Assembly (NCBI GenBank): GCA_965226055.1
Contig: CBDDCA010000006.1
Location: 192,001 to 256,000 of the forward strand
Length of the DNA stretch: 64,000 bases
Source: Spirochaetia bacterium
Lineage (GTDB): Bacteria > Spirochaetota > Spirochaetia > WTKD01 > G963693115
Direction of reading: 5' to 3'
Position 1 is the stretch's first letter; each line of letters opens with the position of its first letter. Positions 31,227-41,166 of the stretch are shown here, piece by piece. The position numbers and the translations under genes are program-made. The notes beneath the pieces were generated by a model. The model was not told the DNA's origin. It ran no database searches and worked only from the letters and a program-made list of their open reading frames with translations.

Positions 31227-32054
31227 AGTGGCTACTTCACTGCGTAGGGTGTGTTGTCCTATGTGTACAAAATCTATACGAAGTGCTGCTAATAGTGTTG
31301 TTTCTGCATTGCTATACTGTCGTTCGGGTCCGATGAAATAGACAAAATGAAGTACATGCTCAACACTGTTGTTAGTATCGTTTTCATGCTCCATACAAGA
31401 CGTTTGCTCTTTATTGAATGCGGAAGTGGATGCTTGATGGGAGAATGTACGATGCAACAGTTCACAGAGTGAAGTTGCTGCGTTTTGTTGCACTATCACG
31501 GACAGAAATCTTGTAGAGGCATGTTCTTTTTGCTTGCATGTGTCAAGCAACGACAGTGCATTTTCTATTCCCACACATGTGTACACGGAGGGAACACAGC
31601 ACTCCTTGCCTTGCATAGCTCCCAACAATAACAACTCATCTGCTGTATTCCAAAACGATGCGTTTAGATAGCTTTTCTCTCCTAGTTCGGGAACATAGCA
31701 TATAATATTGCCCACTCCCATTGTACTGAGATCCCGCAGTAGTCGTGCCATTACAGGAGGACGCGGATGAGCAAGCACTATGGTAGATCTATAGCGTTTC
31801 GGAACAAACGGGATCTCTACACGAAAATGCATGTCTATGCCATCACTGTGTAGGGCTAGTATTCTTGCTGTGCCAAACCCTCTCTCAATAATGCCTGCTT
31901 CAAGCTCTGTCCCTTCTTTTGATTGCGATAATATGGTAGTAATATGTTTTGTTCGTATATCATGTGCAGAAAGATGCACACGATATGTTTGTACATCAGC
32001 ATGTGCTTCTGAGTCTGCGGTGCATTCATGTGCATAAAATAAAATGCAGTTCAT
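31173..32054 (-). CDS. rsmE: 16S rRNA m3U1498 methyltransferase RsmE
   Basis: PRP....RLLRDL..MGV, EKSY, FIGPER, LRSEVA SPOUT motifs. Confidence 0.8.
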   Translation of the reverse strand: MNCILFYAHECTADSEAHADVQTYRVHLSAHDIRTKHITTILSQSKEGTELEAGIIERGFGTARILALHSDGIDMHFRVEIPFVPKRYRSTIVLAHPRPPVMARLLRDLSTMGVGNIICYVPELGEKSYLNASFWNTADELLLLGAMQGKECCVPSVYTCVGIENALSLLDTCKQKEHASTRFLSVIVQQNAATSLCELLHRTFSHQASTSAFNKEQTSCMEHENDTNNSVEHVLHFVYFIGPERQYSNAETTLLAALRIDFVHIGQHTLRSEVATLIAQGTWNMLCNRGCCF

Positions 32055-32144
32055 CTCCTTACTGTAGAGTACAACAGGTAGGTGTTAGCATGAAACACTT
32101 GTGCTGTTACTATACCTATACTATACCTACTATCCTAATAGCCA

Positions 32145-32495
32145 CTATCCCGGAGGCCAGTGGAGTTGTCGACCAGCAAGTATATGAGCGTGCAAATAAA
32201 ATACTGTTTGTGCTGCTGAAGCACCATTGTTTATCACTACTCGATACCCGTCTTTTTCCAGTTTCAAAGCCCGTGCAGTCAAAGCTACTCCCTGAAGAAA
32301 ATGCCCCATATATGTAGCATCATGTTCGGGACATTCACTTATAAAAGCGAGTTTCTTTTTCGGTATCACTAGCACATGCACTGGTGCTTGTGGTTGAATG
32401 TCAGTAAAGGCAAGGACATATTCATTTTCAAATACTACATCAGCAGAGATTTCCTTGTTGAGTATTTTCTCAAACAGAGTTGGTTGTGTTTCCAT
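32145..32495 (-). CDS. HIT family nucleotide-binding protein (HinT)
   Basis: FTDIQPQAPVHVLVIP; QTVFYLHAHILAGR (first triad His replaced by Tyr). Confidence 0.92.
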   Translation of the reverse strand: METQPTLFEKILNKEISADVVFENEYVLAFTDIQPQAPVHVLVIPKKKLAFISECPEHDATYMGHFLQGVALTARALKLEKDGYRVVINNGASAAQTVFYLHAHILAGRQLHWPPG

Positions 32496-32500
32496 ATGCT

Positions 32501-33082
32501 CTACGCTAAATCACAGGCTTCTGGTGGCATCCAATGTGCATCTTGTCCATCCCACTTTACATTACATCCTATAGGATTGGTAACTTCAATGCGTGGTTTT
32601 TTTCCTGCTACAATATCTTCTAGTACCATATCAAGCGTATGCTCAGTAATTTTATCTACTTCTCTTGGGCTGTCCACTGCTCTGCCAGTATAGACAAGCT
32701 CTCTTTGTGTATTAAACACATAAAAATGAGGCGTTCGTAACGCTCCATATTTTTTTGCAATCTCCTGTGTTTCATCTCTCAAGTAGATCCATGGAAAATG
32801 CTGAGCTTGCATTCTTTCTTTCATCTTTTCAAAACTATCCTCAGGCTTTGTCTTTGCACTGTTAGAGTTAATACCGACAAACACCACTCCCTTGTCTTGG
32901 TATGTTTCTACTGTCTTGCGTGTCAACTCATCAGAATTGATAACAAAGGGACAATGATTACAGGTAAAAAAGAGAACAAGAGTATTTGCATCTGCAAAAT
33001 CTGCCATACTGTATTCTTTTCCATCGGTAGCAGGTAATGAAAAATCAATAGCTTTTTCCCCTATTTGTAATGTAAACGCCAT
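32501..33082 (-). CDS. Thioredoxin-family (AhpC/TSA-like) protein
   Basis: CNHCPF, RTPHF, IGCNVKW. Confidence 0.9.
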   Translation of the reverse strand: MAFTLQIGEKAIDFSLPATDGKEYSMADFADANTLVLFFTCNHCPFVINSDELTRKTVETYQDKGVVFVGINSNSAKTKPEDSFEKMKERMQAQHFPWIYLRDETQEIAKKYGALRTPHFYVFNTQRELVYTGRAVDSPREVDKITEHTLDMVLEDIVAGKKPRIEVTNPIGCNVKWDGQDAHWMPPEACDLA

Positions 33083-33285
33083 AAAGCCTCCTTATTGATA
33101 AAAGTATTATACTCTTATCATATTATTTTCTGTTTATTTTTTCGTGTTATTTTTTTGCTTTCTACACTATCTTTAGTATAATAGATGTAAGAGGAAATTG
33201 CAATTATATCACCTCAGCAAACTTAGGGTATCACAGCAATGTAGCAAGCCAATACAACAACAATAAATAGCACTATAGTTGTAAG

Positions 33286-33681
33286 CTACTCAAGAGAAGA
33301 TTCTTGAATGAAGCTATCGTACTCTGCTTGTGTCATACAGGTTTGTTGCAATAATTCTAGTGAGGGGAGTACTCCTTTTACAAACCAGCCTTTCGTCATA
33401 GGGTCTGAGTTTACTATACTCGGTTGTTCTTGTAATAGTTCATTTACTGCTTGTAAGGTGCAGTCACAGGGATAGTATATATCTGAGGCAATTTTAGAGG
33501 ATTCAATAACTGCTAATACCTCTCCTGTTACATATTCTATCTTGCTTTGCATAATATCTGCAAACACTAACTCACCAAAACTCTCTTGTCCATAGTCACT
33601 TATCCCAATACATACTGTCTTTGTTGCTACATCATCTATGCGTATCCATAAGTGTTCTTTTGTAAAATACAGTGTTTCCAT
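33286..33681 (-). CDS. gcvH: Glycine cleavage H / lipoyl carrier protein
   Basis: FTKEHLW, IGISDY, IESSK (lipoyl Lys), NSDP...GW. Confidence 0.85.
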   Translation of the reverse strand: METLYFTKEHLWIRIDDVATKTVCIGISDYGQESFGELVFADIMQSKIEYVTGEVLAVIESSKIASDIYYPCDCTLQAVNELLQEQPSIVNSDPMTKGWFVKGVLPSLELLQQTCMTQAEYDSFIQESSLE

Positions 33682-33713
33682 AATACTCCTTTGCCTTATT
33701 TTTTATAATGGCA

Positions 33714-36533
33714 TCACTTTGTTATCATAGTACGAAGTTCTTGCTCTATATGTATACTATTCTGTAATTGTTTTTCAATATCCTGTACTTCGCGAATAAT
33801 ACTCTCTCTATATTCTGGCTTTGCTTTTGATAGAAACTGCTCGCTTTCAAGCATCTTTTTCTTTGGAGCTAATGTGTTTTGTAGCTTTTTTTGTTTCCGT
33901 GCAATATTTATAAGCTCTTCTTGAATATCAATATGTTCTGCTATAAACACTGTACAGACAAACCCGCGTCCTGCAATGCCTATCCCTTGCTGCGAAGCGC
34001 TTTCTGATTCTATGCTCGTCTCATCAGCTCCACATAGATGATGTATAATGTGCCTTTGTTCTTGTATATACTGCAGTTGTTCTGCACTCTCTACTTGTAC
34101 ATGAAAACCAATACGCAGCTTAGGAGAAAGATTAAATTCACTACGAAGAGTACGCACTCCTCGCACTAGCTCTTGCAACAAAGCAAAATTTCTAGCATTT
34201 ATTTCTAAGGCTTTTTGTTTAGCTGCAGAGATACCAGACAGATCATCCGAAGTATATGATAGACTACATTGTTTTTCTGATATACTATCAAGTAGAGAAT
34301 CATGCACCAGCTTCCCCGATAAGAGAGCAGATTGTGTTGGATGTATTGTTTTTAATTGTTGATAAATTTCCTCTGTAATAAACGGCATAAACGGATGGAG
34401 TAAGGCTATATTCTCTTCAAGTATCCATACCAAAAAACTTGCTACTCTGTCTTTTTCCGCAATAGTCTCAATAGTATGCTTAGTATGCTTGCTATTGTCC
34501 AGTGATTCATCTGTAGTGTTGCTTGCCGTGTCCTGTTTCTGTTGCAAGCCTATTTTACTTATTTCAATGTACCAGTCACAAAAATCCCACCAAAAATACT
34601 CATACGCAATATGAGCAGCGTCATCAATACGATATTGTTTCATAGCTCGCTGTATATTATGTTGTGCCTGATGCAATTTATATACTATCCATTGTTCTGC
34701 ACTGCGAAACGATATATGCTTACAATCATGTATGGTACAGTCTTTCACATTCATAAGAAGATACCGTGATGCATTCCATACTTTGTTAGCAAAACGACTT
34801 CCAAGCTGAAAACTATCCTTATTGAGTGGAAGATCGCCTCCTAGTTTGCATAAAAACGCAAGCGTAAATTTTAGTGAATCTGCTCCAAATTCACTGATAA
34901 TCTCAAGAGGGTCAATACCGTTCCCCAGTGATTTACTCATCTTTCTTCCTTTATCATCACGTACAATACCATGAATAAAAATATGCTTAAAAGGAACAGT
35001 GTGAGTAAACTCCAGTCCTGCCATCACCATGCGTGCTACCCAAAAGAAAATAATATCATAGGCAGTTACCAATGTTGTAGTAGGATAAAAATGAGCAAGT
35101 TCATCTGTTTTCTGTGGCCATCCAAGTACTGTAAAAGGCCAGAGCCATGAAGAAAACCATGTGTCAAGTACATCCGTATCTTGTCGCAAATTACGCCCTT
35201 GATTTTCGGGCAATGTAGTAGGATCTTCTCGTGATACAAGCATTTCACCAGAATCATCGTCATACCATACAGGAATACGATGTCCCCACCATAATTGACG
35301 AGAAATACACCAATCACGAATATGTTTCATCCAATGTATGTAGGTATTTTCCCAATGTTTCGGATAAAAGTGTATATCTCCATTGTACAGTGCATCCAAT
35401 GCTTTTTTTGCCAAAGTCTTCATACGAACAAACCATTGTGTAGAAAGCAATGGTTCTATAGGTACGCCTGTACGATAACAATGTCCTACCTGATGCACAT
35501 GTTCCTGTGTTTTTTGTAAAAACCCTTGTTCTGCGAGATCTTGTGCTACTATATTTCGTGCCTTATGTACTGAGATACCTTGGTATTTTTCTGGTACCTC
35601 TTCATTTAAGCTCCCATCAAGATTAAGAATATTCACGCATTCTATAGTATGTCTCTTAGATATTTCATAATCGTCCATAGAATGCCCAGGAGTAACTTTT
35701 AATGCTCCTGTACCAAATTCGGCATCTACATGCTCATCAGCAATGATAGGAATTTTTTTATCAGTGAGAGGAAGATATACCTGTTTTCCCACCATAGCAG
35801 CATAGCGTGTATCAGCAGGATGTACCGCTATAGCGGTATCACCAAACATTGTTTCAGGACGAGTGGTAGCAACAGTAATACCTCCCTCTCCTTCAACATA
35901 TGGGTATGTTATCCAATAGAGCTTTCCTTGTACTTCTTTGTATTCCACTTCGTCATCACTTAACGCTGTTCCTGCACCTACTGACCAGTTTACAAGATAA
36001 CTACTCCTATAGATAAGCCCTTTCTCGTATAATTGTACAAATACCTCACGTACTGCTGTTGATAATGAATCATCTAAGGTAAAACATTCACGACTCCAAT
36101 CGCAAGAAATACCAAGACTCCGTAATTGCTGTATAATTTTTTTCTTATTTGTATGGGCTACCTTCCAAGTACGCTCTATAAATGCTTCTCTGCCTATATC
36201 GTTACGATGTTTGCCTTCCTTTGCAAGCTGTCGTTCAACGACTTGCTGTGTAGCAATTCCAGCATGGTCGCTGCCTGGCACCCACAAAGCACGGTGTCCT
36301 TGCATACGATAATAGCGCAGCAGTATATCTTGGATGCTATTGTTAAGTGCATGCCCCATATGCAACACTCCCGTAACATTTGGAGGAGGCATAACTACTA
36401 CAAAAGGAGGCTTTTGTTCCTGTAACGGAGAGTGTGCATCCTTATCATGATATTCAGGACGAAATACCTGTGCATCATCCCACAAGGCATGAATTTTTTC
36501 TTCAAAATCCCTAAAATTATATGTTTTTTCCAT
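33714..36533 (-). CDS. valS: Valine--tRNA ligase
   Basis: PPPNVTGVLHMGH, DWCISRQLWWGHRIP, KMSKS. Confidence 0.98.
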   Translation of the reverse strand: MEKTYNFRDFEEKIHALWDDAQVFRPEYHDKDAHSPLQEQKPPFVVVMPPPNVTGVLHMGHALNNSIQDILLRYYRMQGHRALWVPGSDHAGIATQQVVERQLAKEGKHRNDIGREAFIERTWKVAHTNKKKIIQQLRSLGISCDWSRECFTLDDSLSTAVREVFVQLYEKGLIYRSSYLVNWSVGAGTALSDDEVEYKEVQGKLYWITYPYVEGEGGITVATTRPETMFGDTAIAVHPADTRYAAMVGKQVYLPLTDKKIPIIADEHVDAEFGTGALKVTPGHSMDDYEISKRHTIECVNILNLDGSLNEEVPEKYQGISVHKARNIVAQDLAEQGFLQKTQEHVHQVGHCYRTGVPIEPLLSTQWFVRMKTLAKKALDALYNGDIHFYPKHWENTYIHWMKHIRDWCISRQLWWGHRIPVWYDDDSGEMLVSREDPTTLPENQGRNLRQDTDVLDTWFSSWLWPFTVLGWPQKTDELAHFYPTTTLVTAYDIIFFWVARMVMAGLEFTHTVPFKHIFIHGIVRDDKGRKMSKSLGNGIDPLEIISEFGADSLKFTLAFLCKLGGDLPLNKDSFQLGSRFANKVWNASRYLLMNVKDCTIHDCKHISFRSAEQWIVYKLHQAQHNIQRAMKQYRIDDAAHIAYEYFWWDFCDWYIEISKIGLQQKQDTASNTTDESLDNSKHTKHTIETIAEKDRVASFLVWILEENIALLHPFMPFITEEIYQQLKTIHPTQSALLSGKLVHDSLLDSISEKQCSLSYTSDDLSGISAAKQKALEINARNFALLQELVRGVRTLRSEFNLSPKLRIGFHVQVESAEQLQYIQEQRHIIHHLCGADETSIESESASQQGIGIAGRGFVCTVFIAEHIDIQEELINIARKQKKLQNTLAPKKKMLESEQFLSKAKPEYRESIIREVQDIEKQLQNSIHIEQELRTMITK

Positions 36534-36722
36534 AATATATTACTATTCTCAGTATTGCTTACTATTTACTGTAGCATGTATACTTATTATAACAGGTTTT
36601 TGTTCTATAGATGGTATTGTTATAGTAGGAGAATACATTATACTTTCCACACTCTCTTTTACTGTGTATGTCTGATACATCCCCTTTGTAAATACTACAA
36701 TAATCAAAAAAAACTTGTATTT

Positions 36723-37935
36723 GGAGTTTTACTATTTCGTATGAACCCTTTTGATAAAATCAGTATACCGTAAAATTTCTATTATGCCAAGTGTGTAAAG
36801 TTCGTGTTGTAAGGAAAGTATCAACAATAAGAGGGCGCAGAGTAAGTACACAAGGATCCAGAGAGGGACTTTTTTCTTTGAGTAATACAGCAGGAGAGCC
36901 GTGTTTATAAGAGTTATAGCGTTGATGATTAAAGCTATATTGATACTCACTACTTAAGTGTAAAAAAGTACTGAGAGTAGGATTCTGCATTTTTGCATAG
37001 CATTCAGTTTCAATAAGTTTATGAGAAGCCTCGACATCAGAATTGTAAGTAGGAGAAGCATATGGGATAGTAGTATGGCGTGCCTCGTATGCCGCAAGAG
37101 AAGCAACAAAAGCAGACTGTTTTGTACTAAAAGCCCCTGAGATAAACTCAGAGCCATTATCAGTTTGAATAGTAATAGAGGAAGTATCAACGTGAAAAGA
37201 AGCAAGATGAGTAAGCAGATATTCAATAAACAAAGCGGTATGAGAAGAGCTTTTTTGAGTGGCAAAGCATATCCATAAAGCCCCCGTAGCGACATCACGT
37301 GCGGTGATTTGATACTTTGGGAGACAAAACTTGCGTAATGAGAAGTATAATTCGGGGATATCAGTAAGATATTTAATGTCTACTTGTATTTTGTGACAAA
37401 ATTGAAGTAGTGTTTTCCATAGGCGTACTTCTTGGTTTCTTTGTGCTTTTTGCTTTTTACTTGTCTTATAATACCCCATCTTTCTTAGATACTTAATAAT
37501 AGTTTTTATGGAATAAGGAATGGTATACTCTCGTTTTATATGAGAGGCAATACATCGTTGATGATAGTGCTGTAATGTTTCGCATATCTCTTTGAGTTTT
37601 AACTGATAGTAAAGTATCATAGTATCTGGATGCTCTACTGAAGCAGGACGTCTATCATAGAGCATAGCTTTAGGCTTCTCTTTGTATCTTTGCAACCACT
37701 TGCGTACGGTATTAGGAGATACATGAAAGATACGAGCAGTACTTTTGATACCGTGTTCTTTCGCAGAAAGTGCTATAGCTAAGCGTACCTTATGCAGTTC
37801 TTTTTGATTTCTTGTATTATAAAGTGTAGAGTATATCATGTACTCACCCCCTTTTTTTTGTTTTTGTTTATTATTTCCATGATAGTATAATTACTATCAT
37901 GGATTTTGGGGGTTCACACAAGATGGTAAAAGTAC
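36723..37935 (-). mobile_element. IS481/IS1202-like insertion sequence with 14-16 bp target duplication
   Basis: 26-bp IRs (20/26 identical); direct repeat aaaaaaacttgtattt at 36707-36722 and 37936-37951. Confidence 0.88.
36760..37839 (-). CDS. DDE (rve/integrase core) transposase with N-terminal HTH
   Basis: VSPNTVRKWLQRY; QVDIKY; QTDNGSEF; NSDVEASH. Confidence 0.9.
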   Translation of the reverse strand: MIYSTLYNTRNQKELHKVRLAIALSAKEHGIKSTARIFHVSPNTVRKWLQRYKEKPKAMLYDRRPASVEHPDTMILYYQLKLKEICETLQHYHQRCIASHIKREYTIPYSIKTIIKYLRKMGYYKTSKKQKAQRNQEVRLWKTLLQFCHKIQVDIKYLTDIPELYFSLRKFCLPKYQITARDVATGALWICFATQKSSSHTALFIEYLLTHLASFHVDTSSITIQTDNGSEFISGAFSTKQSAFVASLAAYEARHTTIPYASPTYNSDVEASHKLIETECYAKMQNPTLSTFLHLSSEYQYSFNHQRYNSYKHGSPAVLLKEKSPSLDPCVLTLRPLIVDTFLTTRTLHTWHNRNFTVY

Positions 37936-37954
37936 AAAAAAACTTGTATTTCTA

Positions 37955-38047
37955 TTGACAAACAAAGGATGAAAAGAATACAATAAACAAAGCAATACCC
38001 CCCTATATGTAGTGTATAAGCCTAGCACATAACACTATATGTATGGT
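37955..38047 (+). promoter_or_regulatory. nrdAB promoter with tandem NrdR boxes
   Basis: TTGACA-N18-TACAAT; cccctatatgtagtgt (38000-38015) and acactatatgtatggt (38032-38047), 32 bp apart. Confidence 0.8.
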
Positions 38048-38096
38048 CACGGTGCAATAACACAATTTTTATATTTAAGCAAGGGAGGAGGCCATA

Positions 38097-41000
38097 ATGC
38101 TTTTAGAAAATAACACACCAAAACACCCCCCTACGATACAGAAAGAAAGTTCATCATTGTTTACTCATGTTATAAAACGAACAGGAGAACCCCAACCATA
38201 TAACAATCAGCATATTAGTACTGCTATTCACAAAGCGTTTGTTGCCAACAATGTTCAAATTTCTCATAAAGATATTGAAGGACTTACCCACGAAGTAGAG
38301 CAAACACTTGCTACATTCCATAAAGATACAGTGCATATAGAAAAAATACAAGATACTATTGAAGAAATACTCATGAAGCACCATTTCTTTCAAGTGGCAA
38401 AACGCTTTATTATCTATCGACAAAAACATGCCGAAGAACGTCTCAATCAATCGCTTAAGAATCAAAAAAAAATACATACTCTTTCGGTAAAAAAAAGAGA
38501 TGGAACAAATGTATCGTTTGATAGTAATAAAATTATCAACACATTAAAACGAGTAAGTAAGGATATTGATATAGACACAGTATCTTTATCTGTTATTACC
38601 CATGAACTAGAACGAAATATATTTGATGGTATACACACATCAGAGTTAGAAGAAGCCCTTATTTTATCATGTGTTGCATTTATAGAACGAAACCCCAGTT
38701 ATGATACTATTGCAAAACGCTTACTCTTACAAAAAGTATATAAGAAAGTCATACCTACCATATCTCAAAAACAGAGAACAGAAGCTATACAAGCATCATT
38801 TATCACACAAATAAAAAAAGGGGTAGAGTATGGATACTTTACAAAACAATTATTAGAGTTTGATTTAGAAACTATTGCAAACGCAATAGACCCAAAACGA
38901 GATGAAGAATTTAAGTATTTAGGATTACAGACATTATGCGACCGATACTTTGTATCGCACAATAGAACATACATAGAAACCCCTCAAGCATTTTGGATGA
39001 GGGTAGCCATGGGGCTTGCTTTACATGAAGAACAAAAAGAAGAGCAAGCTATAAAATTTTATAATCTCATTTCTCAGTTATACTACATCCCTTCCACTCC
39101 AACCTTATTTCATTCGGGGATGGCACACCCACAGCTTAGCTCCTGTTATATTAGTACTATATCTGATAATCTTCAGAACATATTTAAGTGTATTGGAGAC
39201 AATGCACAGATGGCTAAGTGGTCAGGAGGAATTGGAAACGACTGGACACCCATACGTGCCACTAATGCTCTTATTAAAAGCACAAATGTAGAAAGTCAAG
39301 GAGTCATCCCGTTCTTAAAGATTGCAAACGATACTACTCTTGCAATAAATCGTAGTGGAAAAAGACGCGGTGCTACCTGTGCGTATCTTGAGACATGGCA
39401 TTTAGATATTGAAGATTTTCTTGATCTACGAAGAAATACTGGAGATGAACGTAGAAGAACACACGATATGAATACTGCGGTATGGATTCCTGATTTATTT
39501 ATGAAACGAGTATTGGAAGAAAAAGAATGGACATTGTTTTCACCAGATGATGTACCTGATCTTCATGATAGTTATGGAAAAGATTTTGAATACAAATATG
39601 CTCATTATGAAGAAAAAACACGTACAGGTGAACTCCCCCATTGTAAGAAAGTACCAGCACTTACGCTTTGGCGAAAAATTCTTTCTCGTCTTTTTGAAAC
39701 TGGGCATCCTTGGATAACATTTAAGGATCCCTGTAACATACGCAGCCCTCAAGATCATGTAGGAGTAGTACATAGCAGTAACCTTTGTACAGAAATTACC
39801 CTTAACAACTCAGAAGAAGAAACTGCAGTATGTAATTTAGGATCGATAAACCTTAAAAAGCACTGTGATGTAGATGGTATAAACCAGTATCTCTTATCAG
39901 AGACAATAAAAACGGCCATACGGATGCTTGATAATGTCATAGATATTAATTTTTATCCTACAAAAGAGGCAAAAAACAGTAATCTTAAACATAGACCTAT
40001 AGGGTTGGGACTTATGGGGATACAGGACGCATTGTTTACTCTGCGCATCCCTTTTGATTCTCCTAAAGCATTGGATTTTGTCGATTCTACAATGGAATAT
40101 ATATCATATAATGCTATACTTTCCTCTTCTGAGCTTGCAAAAGAAAGAGGAGCATATGAAACTTTTAAGGGATCAAAGTGGGATAGAGGCTTACTTCCTC
40201 ATGATACCGTAGCATTACTAGAAGAAGAACGTGGAATGCCCATAGAGGTAAATCGTAATTCATATCTCAACTGGGAACCAGTACGAGCGAGTATTACACA
40301 ATATGGAATGAGAAACAGTAATACTATGGCTATTGCTCCTACTGCCACTATATCTAATATTGCAGGATGCTTTCCTTGTATTGAGCCTATTTATAAAAAT
40401 ATATATGTAAAATCAAATATGAGTGGTGAATTTACCATACTTAATAGTTATCTCGTACAAGATATTCAACAAAGAGGATTATGGTCCCAAACCATGCTTG
40501 ACAAAATAAAATATTATGATGGAAATATTGATTTTATTGATGAAATTCCACAGGAATTAAAATCTCTCTACAAAGAAGTATTTGATATAGACCCCTTAAC
40601 ACTGCTAAAACTTACTGCGACACGAAGTAAATGGATAGATCAAAGTCAATCTCATAATGTATTTATCAAAGGAGTATCAGGAAAACGCCTTCATGACACG
40701 TATATAGCAGCATGGAAAATGGGATTAAAAACTACCTATTATTTGCGTTCTTTAGCAGCGACACAAATAGAAAAATCGACTCTTGATGCAAAAGAATATG
40801 GATATACGCAAAAAAGAAAATATATTACTACAGCCGATACTTCAACTGAAACAGCACCCTCTTCGCCCTCTCCTACTGCAACGCAAGACAGTACAGAAAT
40901 ACATACACAGGACACTGTTACGGCAAAAAATAATACTACAAGCAACGATATGGTACAGCGCATTATACAACAAGCAAATCAATCATCACAGCATACTATA

Positions 41001-41135
41001 CCATCTCAAACAGAAACTAAACAAGAAGAAAATAACCAATGGTTACCGAAAGAACAGCAAATTAACAGTAGTTCAATGATTTCACCAAATGCTATCTGCA
41101 GTCTTTTAGATCCTTCCTGTGAATCATGCCAATAA
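38097..41135 (+). CDS. nrdA: Ribonucleotide reductase class I alpha subunit, two ATP-cones
   Basis: VIKRTG / VKKRDG cones; SSC, SNLCTEI, APTAT, KTTYY, C-terminal CESCQ. Confidence 0.96.
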   Translation: MLLENNTPKHPPTIQKESSSLFTHVIKRTGEPQPYNNQHISTAIHKAFVANNVQISHKDIEGLTHEVEQTLATFHKDTVHIEKIQDTIEEILMKHHFFQVAKRFIIYRQKHAEERLNQSLKNQKKIHTLSVKKRDGTNVSFDSNKIINTLKRVSKDIDIDTVSLSVITHELERNIFDGIHTSELEEALILSCVAFIERNPSYDTIAKRLLLQKVYKKVIPTISQKQRTEAIQASFITQIKKGVEYGYFTKQLLEFDLETIANAIDPKRDEEFKYLGLQTLCDRYFVSHNRTYIETPQAFWMRVAMGLALHEEQKEEQAIKFYNLISQLYYIPSTPTLFHSGMAHPQLSSCYISTISDNLQNIFKCIGDNAQMAKWSGGIGNDWTPIRATNALIKSTNVESQGVIPFLKIANDTTLAINRSGKRRGATCAYLETWHLDIEDFLDLRRNTGDERRRTHDMNTAVWIPDLFMKRVLEEKEWTLFSPDDVPDLHDSYGKDFEYKYAHYEEKTRTGELPHCKKVPALTLWRKILSRLFETGHPWITFKDPCNIRSPQDHVGVVHSSNLCTEITLNNSEEETAVCNLGSINLKKHCDVDGINQYLLSETIKTAIRMLDNVIDINFYPTKEAKNSNLKHRPIGLGLMGIQDALFTLRIPFDSPKALDFVDSTMEYISYNAILSSSELAKERGAYETFKGSKWDRGLLPHDTVALLEEERGMPIEVNRNSYLNWEPVRASITQYGMRNSNTMAIAPTATISNIAGCFPCIEPIYKNIYVKSNMSGEFTILNSYLVQDIQQRGLWSQTMLDKIKYYDGNIDFIDEIPQELKSLYKEVFDIDPLTLLKLTATRSKWIDQSQSHNVFIKGVSGKRLHDTYIAAWKMGLKTTYYLRSLAATQIEKSTLDAKEYGYTQKRKYITTADTSTETAPSSPSPTATQDSTEIHTQDTVTAKNNTTSNDMVQRIIQQANQSSQHTIPSQTETKQEENNQWLPKEQQINSSSMISPNAICSLLDPSCESCQ

Positions 41136-41166
41136 AAAATAGAAAAAAATAAAAAAAGGAGCATAT

